Origin: a virus
Lineage: Duplodnaviria > Caudoviricetes
DNA length: 64,000 bases
IMG/VR virus record: IMGVR_UViG_2906626472_000001
Coordinates: 32,001-96,000 of that record
Direction: 5' to 3' (one strand)
Positions 1-10,363 of this stretch are shown one piece after another (within the stretch, counting starts at the first letter, position 1; each line of letters starts with the position of its first letter). Both the position numbers and the translations under genes were made by a program. The notes under the pieces are model-generated. The model saw only the letters and a list, made by a program, of their open reading frames with translations. It had not been told where the DNA came from and did no database searches.

Positions 1-1558
1 ACTCGAACGCGGTCATCACGAAGCCCTCGACATCGCTGAACGAGATCGAGGCGGTCTGGCTGCCGTGTAGGCGGTAGAAGTCGTTCGAGCCACCGCGACG
101 CCGGGTGTAGCTCGGGAACTGCTCCACCATCAGGCCACCCTCGGCCAGGTCGACGTCCTGGGTGAGGCGCTGCAGCCGACCACCGGACGTGACCATGATG
201 GTCTTGCGCTTGCGGATCGTCTTGCTGACGCGCTTGGTCACCGGCACCTTGAAGGTGTCCAGCTCGATGACCTCGGGATTGCCGAGGGCAGCCAGAACAT
301 CGTCGCGGAACAGGCGCTTGCAGCGGACCCAGAGGACCTTCTTCCCGACCAGCTGAGCCATGTGGAAGCGGCTCAGCGAGTAGCTCGGGTTGTGCTCGAT
401 GACGACCGTGGCATCGGCCGCCCACTGGGTGCGGACCGTGGTGTCCTCGAACTTGTCGAACTGCTGCCAGCCCTCGCCGAGGGTGTCCATCTTGCAGTTG
501 GCCTTCGACAGGGTCTCGGTGATGCGCAGGCCCTGCCAGTCGACGATGCTCCGCAGCCGCTCAGTGCGGGACCGGCCGAGCGTCTCCGTCTCCTTCTCGA
601 AGATGGCGGCGGCTTCAAACAGGGTCTCGGCCGCGTCCACCTTCTCGCGCAGCTGCTCGATGAAGCTGTCCTCATACTGCTTGACGAGGGACTTCAGCGT
701 CGTCTTGGTCGTCTCGTCGTAGGCCAGCTCTTCGCGGGACAGGATGACCTTCAGCGAGCCGATCGGCGCATCGAACAGGACGACGTCGTCGTAGTCGAGG
801 AAGCCGCTGGTCTCGACCTGGTCGAGATCGAACGGATACATCACGCAGCCCATGCGAACGCGGGGGCCGTAGAAGGGGACCGAGCCTTCCTTGTACTTGG
901 TCCAGTTGTCGCCCTCGCTGAGCACGACCGGCTCCTTCCAGGTCACCGCACCCTCGGGGAAAATCGTCGGGCGGGGTTGGAACGACCAGAGGATGTCGCG
1001 GGCGGCCTTGGCGAAGCCTTCGATGTCGTCGCGGCGGACAGCGAAGGAAACCTCCATGCCGTTCGGCTGATCGGTCGGACCGTCGTGCAGCAGGTCCATC
1101 TTCGGCATGCCGTCGTCGGCAAGCGACATGATGTAGGCCAGCATCCGGCCGTTGTAATACGAGGTGATGTTGTAGCTGCCGGAGCCGGTATCGCCGATCA
1201 GGTAGGCATACGGGCTCTTGGAGCCGATGCCCCAGCCACCAACCTCAGTGTTGGTGTCGCGCTTGGTGGAGGCGTACGGCTTGGCGTAGACGTTCTCCAT
1301 GGCCTCTTCGGACATGCCGGTGCCGTAGTCGCGGATGCGGAAGACCGGGTTGAGGCGGGTTGGAAGGTGAACCTCGAAATTGCCGCGGGCGACGTCCCAG
1401 GCGTTGGTCGACAGCTCGCGCATCGGATAGCCGATCTTGTCCTTCGCCAGACCGGAGAACGTGGCGTAGAAGGCCACCGCGTTGGTCTCGAACGCGACCT
1501 TGATCTCCTTCTTGACGCCGGTTGCGATGTGGGCGTGCTGCTTCATTCCAAGCTTCAT
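1..1558 (-). CDS. rIIA: rIIA-like protein (GHKL/Hsp90-type ATPase N-terminus); runs off the left edge of the window
   Basis: Translated by hand from the ATG at 1558: MKLGMKQHAHIATG...RELSTNAWD...FRIRDYGTGMS...YASTKRDTNTEVGGWGIGSKSPYAY, which carries the GHKL motifs typical of phage rIIA. Absent from the ORF track, presumably because it has no stop in the window. Confidence 0.85.
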   Translation of the reverse strand, partial: MKLGMKQHAHIATGVKKEIKVAFETNAVAFYATFSGLAKDKIGYPMRELSTNAWDVARGNFEVHLPTRLNPVFRIRDYGTGMSEEAMENVYAKPYASTKRDTNTEVGGWGIGSKSPYAYLIGDTGSGSYNITSYYNGRMLAYIMSLADDGMPKMDLLHDGPTDQPNGMEVSFAVRRDDIEGFAKAARDILWSFQPRPTIFPEGAVTWKEPVVLSEGDNWTKYKEGSVPFYGPRVRMGCVMYPFDLDQVETSGFLDYDDVVLFDAPIGSLKVILSREELAYDETTKTTLKSLVKQYEDSFIEQLREKVDAAETLFEAAAIFEKETETLGRSRTERLRSIVDWQGLRITETLSKANCKMDTLGEGWQQFDKFEDTTVRTQWAADATVVIEHNPSYSLSRFHMAQLVGKKVLWVRCKRLFRDDVLAALGNPEVIELDTFKVPVTKRVSKTIRKRKTIMVTSGGRLQRLTQDVDLAEGGLMVEQFPSYTRRRGGSNDFYRLHGSQTASISFSDVEGFVMTAFE

Positions 1559-1588
1559 TGGGTGTGTTCCTTGCTGGTGTTGGTTGGA

Positions 1589-2557
1589 TCAGGCAGCGCC
1601 TGAGAGGAGGTCGTCGAACAGGGAGCCGAAGGCGTCTCCCGTGTCGTCATCGTGTTCGTGGATCGCGTCGTGGAGCTGGTCGAAGGTGAAGCCCTTGTTC
1701 TCCAGGAAGGCGGAGACCTTCTCCGGGTACCAGTAGACGAGGTCGCGCAGCGTCTCTTCACGACGACGCAGGCGACGGAGGCCAAGACCAGAGCCGGTCG
1801 GCTTCTTGATCTTCGGCTTCACCGGGGCAAAAGGGTCGCGTTCAATCACCAGCTTGGACTGGTCGAACTTGACCATGTGGTCGCGCAACTCGATCAGGTG
1901 GCCGACATCGAGCGCCTCGTGGGGATGGTGCTCGTTGTAATAGCCGACCGAGAGGTTCGTGCATTCCTGCACCAGGTGCATGTATTGCTTGGTGTCGGTG
2001 ACGAAGCCGGTGTCGTCTAGCCGATAGCGCGACGGCAACATCGGCTGCATCGACTTGGCAAAGGCGTCCGAGCAGCAGCGCTGCCGCTGGTGGGTGATGA
2101 TCGAGTCGATGCCCTTGCGATCGAAGGCGATGGCCGCCTCGATGCTGATCAGCCGGCCCGGCTCGTTCTCTGCGATTGCCCGCGATCCCTGGCAGCCGAT
2201 CTCTTCCGCGTCGTGGAAGATGTACATGCCCGGTACCTTGGCCTTGATCATCTCGATCATGATCCAGACGCCGGCAGCGCAGTCAGCGCCGAGGCAGCTG
2301 GACTTCGAGTTGACCGTAAGCGTGATGAACTTGCCGTCGAAATCGACCCGCTGGTATCCCTCGGAACGATGGACGCTGTCCGTGTGCGAGGACCACAGCA
2401 CGGTCGGGACCTCGCCGATCGTCAGGCACCAGTTGCCGTGCTTGTCGCGCTTGGCGCCGGTAGGGACGATGAACTTCTCGATGAAGGCCTTCTCGGTCGC
2501 CGACCGGGCAGGGCGCCGGTAGGACAGCATGGCGATGATGGTTTCGAGATCAGACAT
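1589..2557 (-). CDS. M28/M20-like zinc metallopeptidase
   Basis: Motifs SHTDSVH, LGADCAAG, AEEIG, FDRKG and NLSVGYYNEH match the M28-type Zn ligand pattern. Confidence 0.75.
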   Translation of the reverse strand: MSDLETIIAMLSYRRPARSATEKAFIEKFIVPTGAKRDKHGNWCLTIGEVPTVLWSSHTDSVHRSEGYQRVDFDGKFITLTVNSKSSCLGADCAAGVWIMIEMIKAKVPGMYIFHDAEEIGCQGSRAIAENEPGRLISIEAAIAFDRKGIDSIITHQRQRCCSDAFAKSMQPMLPSRYRLDDTGFVTDTKQYMHLVQECTNLSVGYYNEHHPHEALDVGHLIELRDHMVKFDQSKLVIERDPFAPVKPKIKKPTGSGLGLRRLRRREETLRDLVYWYPEKVSAFLENKGFTFDQLHDAIHEHDDDTGDAFGSLFDDLLSGAA

Positions 2558-2566
2558 AGTGCTTCC

Positions 2567-3925
2567 TTAGGCCACGCGACGGTGACGATTGAGTAGGAGG
2601 TCAGACGTGGAGAGGGCGCCCGGCCGCGGACGCATCATCAGATCGGCGAAGGCATCGGCTCGATCGTCATCGTTGTCGTGGGCAACGCTCTTGTGCATGC
2701 GCTGCCCGTCCTTCTCGACGAACTCAGCCTTCGGCCAGTTCTTGCCCGACACCGTGCAGAACTCGCCGTGCTGTTCGAAGTGCTCCTTCGACCAGTACCG
2801 GCCATCTCCCATGATGACCTTGAAGTCGTTGGACCAGTGCTTGCCGGTGCCGCGGCAGACGAACGCCTCGTAACGGACAGCTTCTGGCGACCACATCTCG
2901 TCCGCACCGAGGACGAAGATCATGTCCGTGGTCTTGGCCGGCACGTTCTTACGCGGACACATGGTGTGCAACACCGCCGTGCCATCGTCAGAACTACCGC
3001 TCACGATCCAGGTCTTGCCCGGCTCGCCCTGTTCCGCCGTGACGAAGTGGTCGCCCATGTCGATGGCGACCTTGATGTCGTCGAAGTACGGCATCACGTA
3101 TTCGTCTTCGTGGTTTTCGGTCGGGATCTTCAGGAGCTTGGCGCCGACGAAGACCTGGAGCTTCTTGTTGCCGTGGACCGTGTTGTCGTCACGCATCCAG
3201 GTGTAGCCCTCGGCCTCCAGGGCAGCCTTCATGCGCTGGAAGTCGCCGTAGACGCGGCCGAACAGCTTCTTCTCAGGCCAGCAGAGTGCGCGGGACTGGA
3301 TGCGCCCGTCGCTGTTCTTGGTGTAGGCCACAGCCAGATCGCCGCCAGCGTATGGCGCAGACGGCCACGCCGGCAGGTCTTCGAAGTCGGCGGCATGCTT
3401 GCCGCTCATGCAGGACTCGGGACCGTCGCGGTAAATCCACTCGATGTCTTCCTCGCTGGTGGCGAAGTAGACCTCACCGCTTGGATCGATCGCAGCGATC
3501 AGGTGCCGGCGCCGGTTGTCGTCGATATCCGGATAGAAGCGGGTGAGATAGCGACCAGGCGTGAGCACGGTCGGCTTGTTGATGATGCCGTTCTCCTCGG
3601 ACTCGATGAAGCCGATCAGGCTGTTGTCGATCGTCGCGAGGTGGGCGAAATGATCCTTGATGGGCTCCAAGTCCCACTTCGGTGGAAGTGGAAGCAGCTG
3701 GCCATCCTCGAAGCGCTTCAGCATGGCTGCGCGCCAGTCGCCGGCCTGTGCAATGCGCCGACACTGGACCTTGGCGCCAGTGGCAGTCGCGGCAGTCTTG
3801 GACGCCTTCGCTGCATCGGCGCCCTTGGGGAATGTGCCGTAGTCCGGCAGCGGCGTCTCGACCAGGTTGCCGTTCTCGTCGCGGTCCAACCGAACCAGGT
3901 AGAACATCGTTTGCTCCGTTTGCAT
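2567..3925 (-). CDS. Phage hypothetical protein (452 aa)
   Basis: Long ORF with high-GC3 codon bias, directly upstream of the peptidase; GPESCM and YVMPYFD segments. Confidence 0.75.
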   Translation of the reverse strand: MQTEQTMFYLVRLDRDENGNLVETPLPDYGTFPKGADAAKASKTAATATGAKVQCRRIAQAGDWRAAMLKRFEDGQLLPLPPKWDLEPIKDHFAHLATIDNSLIGFIESEENGIINKPTVLTPGRYLTRFYPDIDDNRRRHLIAAIDPSGEVYFATSEEDIEWIYRDGPESCMSGKHAADFEDLPAWPSAPYAGGDLAVAYTKNSDGRIQSRALCWPEKKLFGRVYGDFQRMKAALEAEGYTWMRDDNTVHGNKKLQVFVGAKLLKIPTENHEDEYVMPYFDDIKVAIDMGDHFVTAEQGEPGKTWIVSGSSDDGTAVLHTMCPRKNVPAKTTDMIFVLGADEMWSPEAVRYEAFVCRGTGKHWSNDFKVIMGDGRYWSKEHFEQHGEFCTVSGKNWPKAEFVEKDGQRMHKSVAHDNDDDRADAFADLMMRPRPGALSTSDLLLNRHRRVA

Positions 3926-4285
3926 TCATGCATGTCGTTGGACATGGCTTTCTCGTCATTTCCCGCGGAGGAACCAATTTTCCTCCGCAGTCGGAGGCTT
4001 GCTCTATGTTTGCATTCAAGCAAGCAGAAAAGCAAGCCAAATCTGCGGCCCCCGTATTGGGCCGTACCTGTAGGTCTATCCCGTGAATTGAAAAGGCGAA
4101 GCCAATAGATGGCGTCGCCGAATTTGAGGACAATCATTTTTGACGCTCGCACTGTTACTCTTTTGGGGTTCTTGCCGCCCCGTGTTCTTGTCCAAAAGAG
4201 TGGGTTTCAAAATCGTAATGCCTTTTCAGTCGCGTTTTGCAGGTTCAGTCTCCGGCTCGTTACCGCACTAGCCAGCTCTCCTAGT

Positions 4286-4477
4286 TCAGTCCTCCTTGTC
4301 GACGTAATCGATGATGAATGATGCAAGGCCATCCTTGTGGGCTGCGTCGCAGACCGCATAGATGTCGTCGTACTGGCCGTGCCAGCGTTTCCCGGGCCAC
4401 TTTGCCCGAAGAGTCTTTCCGTTCAGCCTGGCGTAGAGCACAGGCTTGCCGGTTTGTTCGTCAGAGTCCGCGGACAT
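4286..4477 (-). CDS. Small hypothetical protein
   Basis: ORF in the leftward operon; ATG at 4477 chosen. Confidence 0.5.
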   Translation of the reverse strand: MSADSDEQTGKPVLYARLNGKTLRAKWPGKRWHGQYDDIYAVCDAAHKDGLASFIIDYVDKED

Positions 4478-4624
4478 GGTCGATGCCGTAGTTGCGGAGC
4501 TGATCGCGGAGCGAGGCAACCACCATGTCGTCCTCGATGGGATCTTCGAGGCGGAGGAGAAGCGCGCCTGTGCGGACAGCCTTCTCGCGCTCGGCGTGGC
4601 GTTGTGTCGTCCTGGTCTGTTTGG

Positions 4625-5314
4625 TCATACGTCGTTCCAATCGATGGTGATGTTGGCGACCTCGTCGATCAGCAGTGCTCGGCCGCCGAAAAAAGCGACA
4701 GCCTTTGCGATGTGCGAAAGGACAGCGGTTTTGGGTTTGCTCTGGAAGTAGTGGCCGGTGCCCAGCTCCCGGTCGATGCCGGTCAGGCTGATGCCGTCCT
4801 CTTCACAGCGGGTGATGATGGAGTCCACGACCGGGTTGCCGGTCCTGGTCAGCTTGCGATCTGATTTCGGGCCGGTCGGCTTGTGCGTCAGCGGGACATA
4901 GGTCAGCCCCATCTTTCGCCGTTGCCATTGAATGCTCTTTACCGTCCGGCCCGGGATCAGCTCCATGAGCTGTCGTGCCGTCTTGTTTGGGTGGTTGCGG
5001 ATGACGTCCAGCTCACTGTCGAGCCAGAGCTTGATGATGCCGAGCCGGAGGCTTCGGGCCGAGATGGCCCTCTGCGTTCTTCCCGGCAGCAGCCTCGTCA
5101 GCTCCTTCGCCGAGAGGACTCTGTTATCCTTGAGGATGGCGTCCTCTTCAGGTCGCCACTCTTCACCTAACCTCTCGGCACCAGAATTTCTCGAGACAGG
5201 CCGAACATTCAATAACTTCAGATGACCGATCACCTTCTTCGTCGAAGTCGAAGTTGCAGTGGGGGCAATCGAAGTGGGTTCGGATGTAGCCAAGGCAGTG
5301 TTCAAGGTTCTCAC
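4625..5314 (-). CDS. DNA-binding protein with two SANT/Myb-like repeats and a C-terminal HTH-like region
   Basis: Repeats WRPEEDAILK...LPGRTQRAISAR and WLDSELDVIR...IPGRTVKSIQWQ. Confidence 0.6.
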   Translation of the reverse strand: MRTLNTALATSEPTSIAPTATSTSTKKVIGHLKLLNVRPVSRNSGAERLGEEWRPEEDAILKDNRVLSAKELTRLLPGRTQRAISARSLRLGIIKLWLDSELDVIRNHPNKTARQLMELIPGRTVKSIQWQRRKMGLTYVPLTHKPTGPKSDRKLTRTGNPVVDSIITRCEEDGISLTGIDRELGTGHYFQSKPKTAVLSHIAKAVAFFGGRALLIDEVANITIDWNDV

Positions 5315-5486
5315 GGTCGGTGCTCACGCTGGTTCTCGTTTCATCGCATCGACAAAGCGACGCTCGCTCCGTCGATCGAGCCCGCGCCGTGTCTTTGCGA
5401 ATGGTTCTGGGTGGCGCTTCCAGGTGCTGTTCTCCAGCAGGAAGCGGAAGGCTGCGCCCAGCTTGCGCTGAGCGGGAGGCCCCTTG

Positions 5487-5780
5487 TCACTGGGGTGGCG
5501 GAGCCTCAGGTATCGCAGTTTCATGGAGCCCATTGTTTCCCTCCAATCGACAAGCCAGCTTCGGCTCGCCCTTGTCGTAAGAACCGGTCGGGACCTGCAC
5601 GAGCTTCAGCGGCTTCGGGCAGCCGACCTCCCAATTGCCGCACTCCTCGCAGACGCCACTGCGTCCGCAGGAATATCGGTTGGTGACTTGGGTGCAGACC
5701 TTGCGGGGAAGCGGCATGTCGCTGCCGCCCTCCTCGCACCCTGCCAGCAGCAGGGCGATCAGGATGACGGCGCGCTTCAT
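5487..5780 (-). CDS. Putative Cys-rich lipoprotein
   Basis: Signal peptide with lipobox LLAGC; several further Cys. Confidence 0.55.
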   Translation of the reverse strand: MKRAVILIALLLAGCEEGGSDMPLPRKVCTQVTNRYSCGRSGVCEECGNWEVGCPKPLKLVQVPTGSYDKGEPKLACRLEGNNGLHETAIPEAPPPQ

Positions 5781-6046
5781 GCGACAGCCCTCCGCCTCAC
5801 CGTGTCGGTGATGCAGTCGTACTCGATCGGGTTGTGATCCTTCAGGAACTGAAGGGCTTTCTGGTGATATTCGCTGCCGGCATCAGCGTAGGTGATGACG
5901 AACCGCCAAGCCTCGATGTCGCTCTTGAACTTGTCGAGTTCGTCACATTTCTGAAGCTGCCACGGACCGTTCTCACTGCCGTAGCATTCGCAAATGCACC
6001 AGCCCTCGTCGATCGCCCGATTGTTGTCGAACGCTGTGACGGTCAT
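5777..6046 (-). CDS. Hypothetical protein
   Basis: MTVTAFDNN... start overlapping the upstream stop (ATGA coupling). Confidence 0.6.
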   Translation of the reverse strand: MTVTAFDNNRAIDEGWCICECYGSENGPWQLQKCDELDKFKSDIEAWRFVITYADAGSEYHQKALQFLKDHNPIEYDCITDTVRRRAVA

Positions 6047-6432
6047 GCTGCCTCCAGATGCGGGATCTCGTGGCGATAGAATTGCGGCTTCGGCGCCTCG
6101 TACCAGAACGCCACACGCGGCGGCTCCTCGTAGACCGCAATGACGATCGGGTTGGCGTTGCGATACCAACGTGCTGCCTTGCGCAGTGTGCGTCCGCTTT
6201 CGCGGGCGGTGTCGATGATGAGGAGCCTGAATTTCTCGGGGCACAGCTGGCCGTACGGGATGAACGGGATGTGCAGCATGTGCGAGGTGTAGACCGCGGC
6301 GATAGCGCCGGACCGGCCAGGCCCCGTGACTGCGCCAACGCTGTCGACGTTGTGCTCCTGAAGGGCGATGCGCAGCTGAGAGGCAAACTCTTCTTCGCTG
6401 ACGATGCGGACAGTTCTTCTCGGGCTAGTCAT
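6043..6432 (-). CDS. Type I phosphoribosyltransferase-like protein
   Basis: GPGRSGAIAA loop and PRPP-loop-like LLIIDTARESGRTL. Confidence 0.6.
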   Translation of the reverse strand: MTSPRRTVRIVSEEEFASQLRIALQEHNVDSVGAVTGPGRSGAIAAVYTSHMLHIPFIPYGQLCPEKFRLLIIDTARESGRTLRKAARWYRNANPIVIAVYEEPPRVAFWYEAPKPQFYRHEIPHLEAA

Positions 6433-6649
6433 TGTGCGGCTCCTGGTCGGCGCTGAGTTCGTTGGTGAGGACTTGTTCCGGAAAGTCGGGCGGCAGGCCG
6501 TACGCTTGCAGCGCCAGCTCGACGATCGGCTGAAACTCTGGTGGAGCGAGCTGTGGCGACTCGCAGATGAGGTTGATCAATTGGCGCGATGCTTCGAACG
6601 CATCGAACGCCTGGACGATCTGGGCATCGCTTCCCAATCTTCTCGGCAT
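6425..6649 (-). CDS. Hypothetical protein
   Basis: ORF overlapping the next gene's start. Confidence 0.5.
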   Translation of the reverse strand: MPRRLGSDAQIVQAFDAFEASRQLINLICESPQLAPPEFQPIVELALQAYGLPPDFPEQVLTNELSADQEPHND

Positions 6650-6706
6650 GTGATCCTCGGAGGTAGCGGACCCGCCTCCCGAAGGAGACGGGCCGCATTG
6701 GCTGGC

Positions 6707-7645
6707 TCAGTAGCGAACGTGGCTGTTCCACGCCCAATAGGCGGCGGTGCCGTCCTTCGGCTGGAGACAGAGCGACTTGGTCGCATCGCGGCGGAGCTTC
6801 GTGACCGTGCATTCACGCACGCCGAAGTCCTTGCGCTTTGCGTAGACGATGTCGCCCACGCGGCGCATGCGGCCGGCGACGTACATCTCGGTCGGCGGAG
6901 CGTTCGGATCGACCTCGGCTTCGGCCTCGTCCGTGCCCTCGACGTCCTCGTCGTCCTCTTCCTCGATCGCCTGCTCGTCGCTCTCGACGCCGCCATCATG
7001 GAAGTCGCTGATGGCCTCGGCCGGCGCCTCGGCGACAACCGGCGGCTCTTCCTTCGCCTGGATGACGACGGGGAAGATGCCGGCGATTTCGTCGATGTTG
7101 GTCTCCTCGGCCGCTGCCGCCTCGCTGGCGTAGAGGTCCGGATCGAGCACGAGGTTGCGACCGTCGCGACCGATCACCACGAACATCGTCCGCGGATACG
7201 GCTGGTCCTGCTCGACCTTGAAGTCGCCGGAGAGCGAGTCGCCGTCCGTGTCGAACTGGTCGATGCGCTGCTCGCCCTGGCTCCAGAAGGAGACCACGAC
7301 CGGATGCAGGCTGCCCTTCAGCACCGTCACGATCGACGGGTTGTCGAGCAGCTCCTGATCGTCATTGGAGTCGACGACCAGGATCGGCAGGTTGAAGTCG
7401 ATCAGGCCGATCGGATACTGCGGGATGGAGGGCGGCGTCTCCGGAGCCGGAGCGGGAGCCTCGGCGGCAGCGGGCGCTTCGGGCGGAAGCACTTCGCCGT
7501 CGAGTGGGGCAGCGACGGTCTCGACGACAGCCAGGGCGACGGGCGCCTCGGCAGCGGCGAGCATCGGCTGCGGTTGCTCCGCCTGCGTCTGGAGCTGGTC
7601 GGCAACAGACGAATAGCGGAAGGGATCGTTGGAGGCAGGGTTCAT
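6707..7645 (-). CDS. Acidic hypothetical protein with basic C-terminal domain
   Basis: 312 aa; AAGGAAG RBS; D/E-rich middle region. Confidence 0.7.
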   Translation of the reverse strand: MNPASNDPFRYSSVADQLQTQAEQPQPMLAAAEAPVALAVVETVAAPLDGEVLPPEAPAAAEAPAPAPETPPSIPQYPIGLIDFNLPILVVDSNDDQELLDNPSIVTVLKGSLHPVVVSFWSQGEQRIDQFDTDGDSLSGDFKVEQDQPYPRTMFVVIGRDGRNLVLDPDLYASEAAAAEETNIDEIAGIFPVVIQAKEEPPVVAEAPAEAISDFHDGGVESDEQAIEEEDDEDVEGTDEAEAEVDPNAPPTEMYVAGRMRRVGDIVYAKRKDFGVRECTVTKLRRDATKSLCLQPKDGTAAYWAWNSHVRY

Positions 7646-7767
7646 GTCGTCTTCCTTTTTGGTTGCAAGCCGTCATTGCTCTCACCCCCGTTCGTGAGGG
7701 CGGCTCGCGGGCTCAGAACGGGGGTGTTCTTTGCATCGCTTGCATTCAAGCAAGCGGCAGGGCATGG

Positions 7768-8223
7768 CTACGCCAGCTGGTCTTCCACGAGATGGAAGCC
7801 GCAGGCCCGGTACCAGTCGGGATCGCCTGTGGCGAGAAAGCTGTCGATCGCACAGAGCGCGGCGCCCGGCGTGATGTCCGAGTAGGCCATGTCCTGGATC
7901 TCGTTCTGGTCGGGATAGTACAGCGCGCGGAGGGCAAAGCTGCGGTCGTGCGTGACGTAGCGGCCGGCGGTTGGGCTCGACGTGGTGCGGTCGCGGCTCA
8001 TTGCGGCCCAGACCCAGCCGCCGATGCAGCAGGTGGTGCCGCAGGACGTTTCCGTCTCGGCCTGGTCCATGTTGAAGCCGTCCGGCTTGTCGGCTTCGAG
8101 GGCAGGGTCGTGCTTGAAGACGCCCTTGGCGAACAGGTCGCGGATCTCGAGCAGGGCGCGGTGCTCGCCGGCCGTGATCCGCAGCGCGGGGGCGGAAAGA
8201 ACTATTCTGTGATCGTCGCTCAT
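7768..8223 (-). CDS. Phage hypothetical protein (CGTxCCIGGW motif)
   Basis: ATG at 8223 with GGAGG RBS; Cys motif of a kind seen in phage hypotheticals. Confidence 0.65.
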   Translation of the reverse strand: MSDDHRIVLSAPALRITAGEHRALLEIRDLFAKGVFKHDPALEADKPDGFNMDQAETETSCGTTCCIGGWVWAAMSRDRTTSSPTAGRYVTHDRSFALRALYYPDQNEIQDMAYSDITPGAALCAIDSFLATGDPDWYRACGFHLVEDQLA

Positions 8224-8287
8224 CAAAAACCTCCGTGATTGGGTTGGCGTCCGGATAAGACGTCGCAGGCTCGAATGCAAGCGAAAT

Positions 8288-8767
8288 TTGCAGGAATGCA
8301 AATCCTCTGCTACGGCTCGTTCCATGCAGAAGACCGAGATTGCTTACGGACTCCCTTGGCTCCAATCGAAGCCGGAACGTGCCATTTTTCTGGAACTCGG
8401 TTTTGCCTGTGTGTATGCGGTCGGTCCCACCGGGGGCCGGCCGCTACGCATCAGCTGGGCAAAGCAGCTGCGCGACAAGCTCGTGGACTTGCAGCCCGGA
8501 TGCTGGAAGGAGCTGCAGGTTCATGATGTGCGGTGGACTGCGGGCGACATGCTCGCAATCCGGCTGTTGAACGAAGCGACTGCGCTGCTCGACAAGGCGA
8601 AGCGCAGGCTTACCGGCGATTGGTTTGATGTGACCCCCGAGTTCGCTCAGCAAATCCTGCGCTTCGCCGCCGACAAGAGCGGCATTCCGACCTTCAGCCA
8701 TGCCGAGATGCTCGACAAGGTGAGGGCAGCACGCCGCTCTCGGATCGAAGCAGCCATGAAGTCCTAG
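8288..8767 (+). CDS. GIY-YIG/T5orf172-like domain protein, probably degenerate (true start may be the ATG at 8324)
   Basis: VYAVG...PLRISWAK...LVDLQPG...ELQV and GDWFDV resemble T5orf172/Mug113. Confidence 0.5.
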   Translation: MQECKSSATARSMQKTEIAYGLPWLQSKPERAIFLELGFACVYAVGPTGGRPLRISWAKQLRDKLVDLQPGCWKELQVHDVRWTAGDMLAIRLLNEATALLDKAKRRLTGDWFDVTPEFAQQILRFAADKSGIPTFSHAEMLDKVRAARRSRIEAAMKS

Positions 8768-9031
8768 TACCTTGCATCTGTCAGCCGAAATGAGGCGCGG
8801 GAGCGCACAACCCGGGTTTGGCCCGAGTCCGCCGACTTGCGCGGTGCAGCAAGTCGGCAGCTATCTGGAGTACAGCGGCCGTGGCGCCAACGCATTCGGG
8901 AAGGCAGCCATTGACCGATCTCCGACATAGGCCGACCTGTTTTCCAAGATTATCTTGCAATCCCCCAATTGCGTCGCGGTAGGAGCTAGTGCACGTGGAC
9001 AATGCACAATCCAGATTAACCACGCTTTCCC

Positions 9032-10018
9032 ATGTCTTCATCCAGTCAGAATCAGAGAAAGCAGCTTCCCATGCATCCTAGCGTCTCGCCCGGCCTTAAG
9101 CGGGTTCAAGATTACATCCGAGAACAGACGAGTCAAACGACAGCGACTTTTTCAGCATTCGAAGCCGCCGTCACTCGCGCTCATGAACTTTACGACTCCA
9201 TGCCGGCAGAGCTGCGCCTTCGCATTTTTAAAAATATGCATCCGGCGAATTACGGCGATGATATTCGAACTTCATTGTTTGGAATCATTGATGAAGAAGT
9301 GTCACTTCTTGACGCAATCGGAGTGACCTACGGCCATAAACTCCGCGAATTAGTAACGGGGGTTTGGGAAGGATTTAGTCCCCAGCATTTTAGAAGCGCT
9401 GTTCTTTCGTGTCGGACCTTGTACGAAGAGGCAGCAGCGGCGAAGTATTACGGCGATCAGGCCGAATCCGCAATAAAGCACCTACTCTCGACGCCGCCGT
9501 CGGCATATCGATTAGAACGCATGAAAAAATTGAGGGCGACTAATACAGAACGGCTCAAAGTTCTTCTCAATGATACGTCGTCTCCAGCCAAGATACTCAA
9601 AACATGGTACGCAGTGCGAAAAATCGACTGGCAAAAACCAGATTACTTTAACGATCACAAGCTCGACAAAAAAGATCCGCTGTATCCCGGTTTTTTCCTA
9701 TCTGCATTCAAGACACTCAAATGGCAGCATGAAATCCCGGCCGAATACTTTTATGCCCTCCTCTGCGAAGCCACGCATCCGAACATGTTATCGAACACGT
9801 TATATGTCGATGACGCCTCCCAAACCGATAGCGAGCAACTGGTCTATTTAATTCGCAAGATGCCTGTGACGATCGAGCCGTACGTAACACTGTATAGTTT
9901 CGTCTCTGTCCCGACAGTCGAGTGCGTCAAGATCATTGATCAATACATTCAGAAAATAGCCTCCCTTCGATCGGACCTAGCCCAATATGTGCAGAAGGCG
10001 CGGCGAGTTACTGCGTAA
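9032..10018 (+). CDS. Low-GC moron; HEPN-like (DUF5677-like) protein
   Basis: Visibly AT-richer than its flanks and opposite to the early block; motifs CRTLYE and YALLCEATHPN. Confidence 0.55.
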   Translation: MSSSSQNQRKQLPMHPSVSPGLKRVQDYIREQTSQTTATFSAFEAAVTRAHELYDSMPAELRLRIFKNMHPANYGDDIRTSLFGIIDEEVSLLDAIGVTYGHKLRELVTGVWEGFSPQHFRSAVLSCRTLYEEAAAAKYYGDQAESAIKHLLSTPPSAYRLERMKKLRATNTERLKVLLNDTSSPAKILKTWYAVRKIDWQKPDYFNDHKLDKKDPLYPGFFLSAFKTLKWQHEIPAEYFYALLCEATHPNMLSNTLYVDDASQTDSEQLVYLIRKMPVTIEPYVTLYSFVSVPTVECVKIIDQYIQKIASLRSDLAQYVQKARRVTA

Positions 10019-10165
10019 GATGTCTCAGTTTGGCCTAGGGCTGCCGAAATGTGGTGCTGCAGCAATCCGGCAGCTATCTGGAGTACACCGGCCATCAAAT
10101 CAACGTAGCGTCACCGCAGCCCGTGGCCCTGCGGTCCATCCAAGGCAGACTGCCCCGGTCCATGG

Positions 10166-10363
10166 TCAGGCAGCTTTCATGTTGTCGTTGCAGGCTGGGC
10201 GGATCGCATCCCGGCTCATGGCCAGGAGGTGAATGTCCATCGTGAGCTGCTCGGTCCAGGTGTAGCCGGTGACGCTGCGATGACGATGCGGGAAGGTGAC
10301 CCGGTCGACAACCAGGGTGGTGAAGGGCAGGCGATAGCCCGGTGCTGTTCCGATGGCGAACAT
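10166..10363 (-). CDS. Small hypothetical protein
   Basis: Translationally coupled ORF in the leftward block. Confidence 0.45.
   Translation of the reverse strand: MFAIGTAPGYRLPFTTLVVDRVTFPHRHRSVTGYTWTEQLTMDIHLLAMSRDAIRPACNDNMKAA

Noticed and set aside
362-7885. Long plus-strand ORFs (362-1603, 2678-4108, 6404-7885)
   Set aside because: Antisense shadows of real minus-strand genes, common in high-GC DNA.
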